Shown here piece by piece: positions 1 through 11,300 of a stretch of DNA of 42,041 bases. The DNA comes from Octopus bimaculoides (taxonomy: Eukaryota). The DNA is taken from contig NC_068990.1 in NCBI RefSeq assembly GCF_001194135.2, positions 14,913,977 to 14,956,017 on the forward strand. The letters are read 5' to 3'. Under the pieces are notes generated by a model, which searched no databases, had not been told where the DNA came from, and saw only the letters and a program-made list of their open reading frames with translations. How positions within the stretch are numbered: position 1 is the stretch's first letter; each line of letters begins with the position of its first letter. The position numbers and the translations under genes were made by a program.

Positions 1-22
1 TATATATATATACACACATATA

Positions 23-55
<33 letters not shown>

Positions 56-144
56 CCTCATCATCATTTAACAAATACAGACACACACGTATAGATTGAT
101 TGATAGATAGATGTGTGTCAGTGTGTCTATGTGTATGTGTGTGT

Positions 145-365
145 TTTTATGTCTGTATTTGTCCATTGCCACCACTTGACAACCGGTGTTGGTGTGTTCA
201 CATCCCTATAACTTAGAGGTTTGGGAAAAGAAACCGATAGAAAAAGTACCAGGCATAAAAAGAATAGAAAGGTATTGGGGTTGATTCATTCAGCTAAAAT
301 TCTTCAAGGCAGTGCCCCAGCATGGTCGCAGTCTAATGACTGAAACAAGCAAAAGGTAAAAAATA
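145..365 (+). mobile_element. 3' half of tRNA-derived SINE family A
   Basis: Reverse complement of the 3' half of the full copy at 6343-6759 (cttgacaacc...cagcatggtcgcagtctaatgactgaaacaag tail). Confidence 0.8.
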
Positions 366-578
366 AAAAATACTAATGCTTGTTTATAAGGTGTTTGTAA
401 GCATTAAAATATTTATATAAAATAATTCCATATCTAGTGAAGATTTGGTTTGTTTTCTTTCCATAATTATTTTTATTTATTTGGTGGATTTAAAAAAAAA
501 TTTTGTCAGGAAACTAATTTTGTCTTATATTCTGTCTCAATATCAAACAGGTTTATTTCTATTTCTTATAATGTTTAG

Positions 579-746
579 ATCCAGGGATTGTGTGGAAACT
601 TCAATCATGATATCAATGATGAATTTTATGAATCTTCTAGTCTGCTTATGGATAAGTATAACTTTGTCTCAGCATATAAAGAGGAACTCTGCCCTGAACC
701 ACAAAGAAAAGACATTGAAACGCATCCATGTTCTGTATTTTCATTT
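579..746 (+). CDS. Exon: C-terminal part of VWD and start of C8 ([16 protein letters not shown]...THPCSVFSF)
   Basis: tttag|ATC acceptor, TTT|gtaagt donor, phase 0-0, GLCGNFN..D.F motif. Confidence 0.93.
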
Positions 747-2854
747 GTAAGTTTCATAAAATCCCTTGTAACTCTATGAAACAAGAAAGAAAAAAATAAT
801 TTTCATATTTTGTTTCATCTGTTGGACACAGAAGTTGTTCTATTATAAGAATTTTTTCTATACTAGAGGGACTTTGGTCCTGCTAGTATAAAAGATGATG
901 GCTACTTTAATGTGCTGGTTCTAGAATCTTTATTGGAAATAAAATATACTTACCTGAAGTTAAACAGCAACAACATTTCTCTTTATATATTCTCTAAACA
1001 ATAAAAAAAAATTTTTATCCTAAAACCACCCTGGTAACGCTTGTCTGTGAAGAGCCCTGCCTCATCAACCTTCTCCCCCACCCACATTTCCTCTCTCAAC
1101 ACCCAAAAAGCACTGGTGATAGTGCCATGCAAAAAACACTAGTGATGGTTTCATTTAAAAAACACTAGTAATGGTGTCATGTAAAAAGCACCCAGTACAC
1201 TCTGTAAAGTGGTTGGCATTAGGAAGGGCATCCAGCTTTTGAAACCAAGCCAAAAGATGATAGTATTAACAGGAAAATATGAGTTTCTTATCTTAAATAA
1301 TATCAAATAGTAATGGTTTTTCCCATTAAATAATACTATTACGAAATATTAATTTTTTACATTAGATAACAATGGTTTCATACATTGGCAGAGTGGTATA
1401 ATTTATTCCATATTCATCAGTGTTACTCTTGGGAAAAATAGGAATGAATTAATGTCTAATTTCCCCTTTCTCTAAACTGCATCAAAGTAGCAAAGAGAGT
1501 AAGAGAAGGAAATGTACTGAGCTACTGGAGCTGTATGCCAAATCAATGGGTAGCATACCGTTGAGGGTGCAGAGGATTTTCAGGCCAGTCCTCTGCAGAG
1601 TATACAACATGCTTGGCATTACAGGAACTTGTGGGTGGAAGAAGGACATCATGTTGGCTGTGGGATCATGAGAGGTTTCCTCAAGGTGGCTGTGGATCAA
1701 GAGGTTCAAACCCTGGAAGGGGCAGTGCTACCAGAGGTACAGTGCTAACTGGACACAAGCTAGGGTTTGATCAACCCTGGCTGAATCACCTGGGTGTGGG
1801 TATCTGATAATGAAAAATTCAAAACACCTAACGACCCCAGGAAACAATGCTGATGATAGGTCCAGGTGCATCATAGGATGATGCTTAAAAAAAGGCTTCA
1901 AATCTATAAAGTTCCAATTATTCTAAATAATTATTATTTCTAACTATTTTCCAATTATAAATTGAATAATAAGAGAAATTATTTTCTTTCAGAATATAAA
2001 ACAAAAAGATGAAAATTGTGCCATATTTGAAAATAGTGAGTTGTTAGGTGCCTGCTATGATGTGGTTCCTTATGAACATTTCTTCCATCTTTGTCAAAAA
2101 GAGATGTGTACCAGTACTCACAACAACAATGCTGCAATGTGTATCGTACTTGAAACCTACCTGAGAGAGTGTGCACTCCATGGGACACATATTAAATTAT
2201 CAAAGGCCATTGCTGAAAAATGTTGTAAGTACACTGTCTTTAATATGGCATAATTATTTTAATGTTAAGGATTTTGTTTTGCTTTATGCATAATTTTGAT
2301 TTTAGTTATCTGCCTGTTTTAAAAGATCAAATTTAAGAAACTATTTATACACATATACATATATGTATAAACATTCATACATGCAGGCATACATACATAC
2401 ATACATACATAGGTTCATACCCGTGATTGTTGGGGCATTGGGATATGTAACGAACTGCCTCAACAAAAACCTGGAAAAATTAGGGTTCTCAAAACCTGAA
2501 AGTAAAAGGCTGATTAGAAGACTACAGATTCGAGCCATCAATGGAACTGTAAAGATATGTAAAACTTTCCAAAAATTTAGCACGTAAATACATATGCATG
2601 CATCTAGACATGAAAATATATACATAAAAACGCATCCATAAAGCAAACATACAAATCTGCACATACACTAACACCAAATACTGCACACACACACATATGC
2701 ACAAATACCTAGATGATGTTGATAAAAGTTCCAATGAAGGAGCCTTGAATCTATGTTAGAGTCCGACTCTTTCTCTATGGACAAGAAATACAGAAATGAA
2801 ACTGATTGATAACATACATACATACATATATACATACATACATACATACATACA

Positions 2855-2885
<31 letters not shown>

Positions 2886-2907
2886 TGTACATGCATGCAT
2901 ACATACA

Positions 2908-2940
<33 letters not shown>

Positions 2941-3438
2941 GCATACACTCAGCTTGCAAGTTTAGGTGTATACCTGTAATTATTGGGTCATTGGGATATG
3001 TAACACACTGCTTAAGTACCAATCTTGAGAAATTAGGCTTCTCAGAACCAGAAAGGTGAAAGATGATTTGAAGATTACAGATCCAAGCCATCACTGGAAC
3101 TGGAAAAATTTATAAAATTTGGCAGAAGTTTATCATTTAAGTAAATATGAGCATGTCTAGACATGCAACTATATGCAGGAAAATCACACATAAAACAAAA
3201 CATACAAATCTGCACATGCACTGACTCCGAATACTGCACATATACACACATACATGCAAAAATACCCTGTTGATGAAATTCTAATGAAGAAGCCTTGGAT
3301 CTAGGTTAGAAACCAGCTCTTTCTCTTTTGGCAAGAACATTCAGAAATAAAACTAAATAATGACATAAATACACATACATTCCTTCAATTCAAAATAAAA
3401 TGAACCTAGGGAAATAAGTTAAATGGGTGGATAGCATG

Positions 3439-3508
<70 letters not shown>

Positions 3509-6500
3509 TGCACATGCACACATGCACACACACACACATGCACATGTACACACGCACACACACACACACATACATACACACACAAGTGGATAAACGAAAG
3601 TGGTACTTAACATATTTGGTAGGAGTTACATATATTATTTAATAACAGTTTGACTCACTTCCATGCAGAGTTTTTTGGGGCTTATTGGACAAACCCATCT
3701 CCAGATATCTCTGATGGGATGAATTCATGCTATGAGCCCACAAAAAAATCATATGGACTGGTGTCAAACTATTATTAAATTCATGAGGTATAGGTTCAAC
3801 ACTTGCCCAATGTTATGTGCAGTGCAATCAGACCTAGAACTATGTAGTTGTGAAGTGAACTTCTTCTCCTGAATATGTGATTATTTATAGCAATAAGTTT
3901 TAGGAATTTAAACAGAAAAAAGGATCATAAACATTTATGCACCCTACTTCTTAGTACAGAGATTTTAGTTTGTCTTTGATGTTAGGATTCTTTATTTCTC
4001 CTTTTATTTTAGAATTATTCTAAAATCTTCTCATTTATTCCAGCTTTTCAATGTCCACATGAGAAAAATAAACAATATACTCTATGTTCATCTTGCAAAG
4101 CAACATGCCATACATTTGAGTCCAAGTCAGATTTATGTGAAGAAGATTGCATCCCAGGTTGTGTATGTACATCAGGCACTTATCTAAACAGTGATGGTAA
4201 ATGTGTACCACTGGAAAGTTGTGACTGTGTTGATGTAACTACTAGTAAAAAGTACCCTGCTGGCTCTGAGTTCTTTAATTCATGTGGAAAATGGTAAGTG
4301 ATAATATTTATTGGTTTTAGGAAAATATTTCTTATGTTGATTAAAACATAGGTATTATAAACTTTTCAATCTCCACAATGTCAAGGTCAGTTACTCTTGT
4401 TTAAATGACATTACTACTAGCATTGCATGCTACATGATGCAAATGCACTCCTACACATCCTCCAATACATACCCCAACTTGTGACTGCCGAAACTCTACC
4501 AACTGCCCACTAACAGGATCCTGCTTATTGAGGGCTGTGGTCTATAAAGTCACCCTATCACCATCCAATGGCATTACAAGACACTGGACACTGCATGGGC
4601 ATAAGAGCCAATGCCTTCAAAAGAAGGTATACGCAGCATATGTGCTCCTTCGGGTGCAGGGATAGGGAAAACTCCACCACCTTGTCCTGTTCTATTGGAT
4701 CAATTCCCTCAACATCAAATGAAATATCATTGACAGAGCCCTTCCATACTCATCTGGAACTTGCAATTTCTGACTTTGCCTCTATGAGAGGCTGCAGTGT
4801 CCATCAACCTGCAGTGTCCATCAACAGGAAGAGTGGACCATCTTATTGTTACTACCAGAGGTTCACTATGTTTATGTATTTCACGCCACTAGCAGCTGAC
4901 AATCCAGATACACCACTCAAGGCCTGGTTCCTCCATACTCAAGGACATTGTACTTAACCCTTGCCAGCATATAGACTATGGCCCCATTCATACTGACAAT
5001 CCAACCTAGCACCACCAGATCTGGTTACTCTTATGGAAAAGCTGTTGCTGCTTTAGTATTACTTCTCCATTAACCTGCGACAATACCCCATTTTGCCATG
5101 TGTAGCAGCAAATGCAACAAACTGATGTTACTGAATATATCATACCAGAGCACCCAGACATAGCAGTGACAACTACCTACCTACATCTTGTCTGTCCATA
5201 TAGGCTTTATAACAAAGAAAATAAATGATGTTGCTTTTATACCAATAATACCACATGACCTGAGATAACCAACAGAGGCCATCTTGAATTTGTCTCCTAT
5301 CTTGGTACTCTATCTCCAGATACCTGAGGAGTTAGGTTCGTTATACAAACCTATAGAATTTTAAGCTGTGTGGAGATGAGTCAAACTGTAATTAAATAAT
5401 ATATGTGTGCATTTATCCACATCACTGCTTGAAAACACGTGTTGGTTTGTTCACGTTACAAGAACTTAGTGGTTAGGCAAAAGTAATCAATAGAATAAAT
5501 ATCAGGTATAAAAGAAGTGCTAGGGTTTATTTGTTTGACTAAACCCTTCAAGACAGTGCCTTAGCATGGCTGCAGTCCGGTGAATAAAACAAGTAAAAGA
5601 GGATAAGAATTTCTAGAAACAGTTTCTAAGCTGCAATATTTATGTATTTTAAAATTCATGATAATTTGTCTTTCACATCTGACCAATAGTATATATTTGT
5701 TTTTAGAAGTTATTTGATTATGAAGACCTATCTTAAAATTTAATATCTTCTGATTTTTTTTCTTTATAAGCAAATGTGTCAATGGTACATTCAAATGTTC
5801 CAAAGAAAAATGCAAAGAAGAAGTTATTTGCCCAAAGAATCAAATATATTATGAAAATGTAACCTGCGTAAAAACTTGTCAAAAATTAACACATCAAGGG
5901 AAATGTACGACTTTACCGCATCAAGGTTGTGCTTGTAAAACTGGAGATGTTGTTGGACCTGATGTGAGTATTATAAATTATAAATTTCGCTTTATAAACT
6001 TTAATCGAAGTATTATATTTATTGGAAAACTCCAATAAACTCTGTCTGACCCATGTTAACATAGAAAAGTGGATGTTAAAATGATGATAATAAAGAAATT
6101 GGTGAGGTTATGAAATTGCCATATTGCAACCATTGTTTCTCTATAATAACAACTGTACCCCTTCTAATTTCATAATTGGTTCTTTTATAATTACTTTATT
6201 GATTTCTCACATCTGTACAAGGACACAAATTTTCACAAGATGTTTATTTCATAATTAATATTGCCATGTCGCCTAATATTAGAATTTGAATTTGCTTGTT
6301 TTATATTCCCAACATTTGTTAATTCCCCTTGTTTGGTAAAAACTCTCTTTACTCTTTTACTTGTTTCAGTCATTTGACTGTGGCCATGCTGGAGCACCAC
6401 CTTTAGTCGAGAAAATCGACTCCAGGACTTATTCTTTGTAAGCCTAATACTTATTCTATCGGTCTCTTTTGCCGAACCGCTAAGTTACAGGGACGTAAAC

Positions 6501-8238
6501 ACACCAGCATTGGTTGTCAAGCGATGTTTGGGGGACAAACATAGACACGCAAACAGATACACACACACACACACACACACATATATACATATATACGACA
6601 GGCTTCTTTCAGTTTCCGTCTACCAAATCCACTCACAAGGCTTTGGTCAGCCCAAGGCAATAGTAGAAGACACTTGCCCAAGGTGCCATGCAGTGGGACT
6701 GAACCTGGAACCATGTGGTTGGTAAGCAAGCTACTTACCACACAGCCACTCCTACGCCTTTATTTTATCCATTTATTTTTGATTTGCCATGTCAGTATAT
6801 GAAGAAGAGTGAAGGTGCATGGCTTAGTGGTTTTGGGGTTTGGGTTCATGATCACAAGGTCGTAAGTTCAATTCCTAGCCTTGAGCAAGACACTTTATTT
6901 CATGTTGCTCCAGTTCACTCAGCTAGCAAAAATGAGTAGTACCTGTATTTCAAAGGGCCAGCCTTATCTCATTCTGTGTCACACTAAATCTCTCTGAGAA
7001 CTATGTTAAGGGTACACATGTCTGTGGAGGGCTCAGCCACATGCATGTTAATTTCACAAGTCAGCTGTTTCGTTGATCAGCTCAACTGAAACCCTTTTCA
7101 TCGTAACCGATAGAGTGCCATATGAAGAAGAGTTTGCAAATGAGAAAATAATCTACTTCAACTGCCTTAGATGATGGATATAAACTGATTTAACTTTCTG
7201 CAGTATATTACTGGTACTTATTTTTAAATCAGTGTAGAAGAATGGAACTTTGGTACCATTATACATTTACAGCAATTATCCACAGTTTCAGTCATTCCAT
7301 GCAATTAGTGATAATGACTATAATAACTATGTTGTGTTTGTTTCTATTGTAGGGTTCTTGTGTGAAACCATCATTATGTCCTTGTCGCTATGACCAATAT
7401 TGGAAGCCATCAGGATCAAGTATAAAAATTGGCTGCAAAAAATTGTATGTTTTCAAAGAAATTCCCTTTTCTTTATATAAATCCTCTACATTATAAATAC
7501 ATGTATTTAGTGACATAAAGAATGCAGTTATATTAGAAATACTCTAATTTCAGCTGCAAATGCTCAGGATAAAGTGCATGTCAGGGACAAAATTAACTTG
7601 TGTGAGGCCCAACTTCACATACAGAATCTAGGAGGATATTTTTTGGGGGAAATGTGTATCTTTTGTATTCAATTATGGTAGTTATAGGATTTAATCCGTC
7701 TATCTATGTTTATTTGTAATTGTATTTTTATTTTTAGGAAACAAATTATAACATTTATGTAATATATAGTGGAACATTGGGTTATGAATTTATTTTGTTC
7801 CTGAAGGCCGTTCATCACCTGAAATGTCCTTAAACTAAAACCATTTCCCCCATAGAACATCCAAGGGAAGACATAATGAATTTGAACAGGGATATATGCA
7901 CTGAGTGAAAACTTGACTGCAACTAATGTTCGCCTGCTGATACTCTCAGTTTGTTGTCAACCATTGCTGCTGGCTTGTATGTTCATTACTTGAGGCACTG
8001 TTTGTCACCCAATATGTTCTATGTTCAATAAAATTCAGTTCTATATTTAAGAGATGAGGAATTATGTACATTATTTACATTATTTACATTTGACGGATAT
8101 TTGTCCTCATCTTGTTTGTTGTTAACACAACGTTTCAGCTGATATACCCTCCAGCCTCCATCAGGTGCCTTTGGGAAATTTTGAACCTGGGTTCTTATTC
8201 CTAAGTTTTTCATTTTTTCGATGTTATTATTATTATTA

Positions 8239-8278
<40 letters not shown>

Positions 8279-8355
8279 GCCCATGGGCATATGACGTAGT
8301 GGTTAAGAGCGTGGGCTACTAACCCAAAAATTCTGAGTTCAATTCCAGGCAGTGA

Positions 8356-8391
<36 letters not shown>

Positions 8392-11300
8392 TAATAATAA
8401 TAATAACAATGCTCAATAAAATTGTTTGTAAACTGTTTTGTTCATGATAAGAGGAATTCACAAACCAACATACTACTGTATATATAAAACATATATGTCT
8501 ATATAACACGTATCTATCTATCCATCAATCTACCTGTCNNNNNNNNNNNNNNNNNNNNNNNNNNNNNNNNNNNNNNNNNNNNNNNNNNNNNNNNNNNNNN
8601 NNNNNNNNNNNNNNNNNNNNNNNNNNNNNNNNNNNNNNNNNNNNNNNNNNNNNNNNNNNNNNNNNNNNNNNNNNNNNNNNNNNNNNNNNNNNNNNNNNNN
8701 NNNNNNNNNNNNNNNNNNNNNNNNNNNNNNNNNNNNNNNNNNNNNNNNNNNNNNNNNNNNNNNNNNNNNNNNNNNNNNNNNNNNNNNNNNNNNNNNNNNN
8801 NNNNNNNNNNNNNNNNNNNNNNNNNNNNNNNNNNNNNNNNNNNNNNNNNNNNNNNNNNNNNNNNNNNNNNNNNNNNNNNNNNNNNNNNNNNNNNNNNNNN
8901 NNNNNNNNNNNNNNNNNNNNNNNNNNNNNNNNNNNNNNNNNNNNNNNNNNNNNNNNNNNNNNNNNNNNNNNNNNNNNNNNNNNNNNNNNNNNNNNNNNNN
9001 NNNNNNNNNNNNNNNNNNNNNNNNNNNNNNNNNNNNNNNNNNNNNNNNNNNNNNNNNNNNNNNNNNNNNNNNNNNNNNNNNNNNNNNNNNNNNNNNNNNN
9101 NNNNNNNNNNNNNNNNNNNNNNNNNNNNNNNNNNNNNNNNNNNNNNNNNNNNNNNNNNNNNNNNNNNNNNNNNNNNNNNNNNNNNTTTGACTGATTAAGC
9201 GATGTAAAGCGTATTTAATCTCCATACCTTCGTTTTATTTGCTTTAACCCTAACCCTAACCCTAACCTTAGGGTTAGGGTTAATTGTTTCAGAATCGTTT
9301 GTTTATGTAGTCGGCACTTAATGTATATCGGCTGAATGGACGTCAGTGATTGGTTGAAATTACAGAAATACGACAACTTTAACATGGAATAATTTATGGA
9401 TTTCTTTTTTTTTTAAGAAGACTAAGAGAAAAAGATGTTTTATATGACACATTCTACCAGTGATCCAAGTTTCAAAGTGTTTCGTTAATGAAAAATGTGG
9501 CCCCCGTTTTAAAAAAGATCCCTCTTTTTTTCTAATTGATAAGTTACAGGCTAAGTCATGCTTAAAATTTCTAAAACGAATTAAATAATACTATATATAA
9601 TTACCACTAACTAGAAATTGTAAAAACTTCGTAATTGATAGAAAAAAGTTAAATCTGGGAATTCTATGCAAATTCTTCCTTGTATTCCTTAATTTTAAAT
9701 CCCAGTTTCTAATCCCACCTTATGTTATGAGGGAATGGTTATTTCCCTTATATTAGTGGCTACGACCAAAGGGCACCACAAGTATTTAGGTTGATATTTT
9801 TAGGATTTGCATCAAAGATATATTATTTACATTTATGTTATTTTTACAGATACTGTAGTGGTGGAATATGGCAAAGTAAGAAAATTAAAGACTGTCCAGG
9901 TATATCCTCATTACTGCCTTTACATCATTGCATCAGTTTTCTCATTATCAAAATCATCACTTATTTGTCTGTTCATTTAGATTGAATCAGAGCTCACTTC
10001 TATCTTTTTGTCAGTATACTAGTTTTCTTATAAACAAGTTCAATCCAAAAGTACAATGCACCTAAGTTAAAGACACATCAAAGATTTAAGTGTGTTTTCA
10101 GTAACCTAGAAATTGATGTAAATCTCCACCTTTATTAACTTTTTCCCTAGTATAGCTGCAGTTTAATGACTGAAACAAGTAAACCAAAAAAAAAAAAAAA
10201 AAACAGGTATTAAATTTTGATTTGTGAGTTCAAAGCTTAATTGTGGTTGAAGGAAGGTTTATTTTTGAAATATGTTCAGAGAAAGAAAACGTGTGCCTAT
10301 TATTTTACAAAACTCTCAGACTAATGATGTAGAAATAGCTAGAATATATGTAGACTTATATTATCAGGAAAAAAATATGTGGAAATCAATACTTTTTGTT
10401 TACAGTTCAGAGAGTGGAGGCGCAATGGCCCAGTGGTTAGGGCAGCAGACTCGCGGTCGTAGGATCGCGGTTTCGATCCCTAGACCGGGCGTTGTGAGTG
10501 CTTATTGAGTGAAAACACCTAAAGCTCCACGAGGCTCCAGCAGGGGACGGTGGTGAACCCTGCTGTACTCTTTCACCACAACTTTCTCTCACTCTTACTT
10601 CCTGTTTCTGTTGTGCCTGTAATTCAAAGGGTCAGCCTTGTCACACTGTCACGCTGAATATCCCCAAGAACTACATTAAGGGTACATGTGCCTGTGGAGT
10701 GCTCAGCCACTTGCACATTAATTTCATGAGCAGGCTGTTCTGTTGATCAGATCAACTGGGACCCTCGACGTCGTAAGCGACAGAGTGCCAACAAACAGTT
10801 CAAATAAAAATATTGCACTTTGTATTTTCCTACATTTTAAACTCTAAAACTTCAAGTCTATGAAAATAGTTATTGATATGTTGATAAACTTTTACTATTA
10901 TCATTCTCTTTTCTTTTTTTTTTCCAGCTGTTTGTTGGGCATCCGGAGATCCTCACTACAAAACATTTGATGGCAAACATTTTTCTTTCATGGGAGACTG
11001 TTCTTATACATTGGCTCAGGCAAAAGATAAAAGCTTTTCTATTACTGTCCGAAATGTAAAATGTGGTTCATTTGGAGTCACTTGTACAAAGGAGGTTTAT
11101 ATTGCAATCCTTGGAAATTTCATTCACTTAGTTATGGGTAAAACTCCTACAATTAATGACGTTCAGATACCAGCATCAGGTTATAAAGGAACTGGACTTG
11201 AAATCAGATATGCTGGTCTATTCTTAATTGTATTCTCAAATCATGGACTAACTGTTTTATGGGACTTTGGTATGTTTTATATTTGTTTCTTATTATATAA

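Noticed and set aside
1482-1860. GC-richer segment with short ORFs on both strands
   Set aside because: No domain motif or phase-compatible splice sites; probably a decayed repeat of unidentified family.
2341-3642. ORFs rich in YI/CV/HT/MYVC repeats here and at 16004, 26856, 27317 and 36634
   Set aside because: Translations of (TA)n, (CA)n and (TACA)n microsatellites; no splice or domain support.
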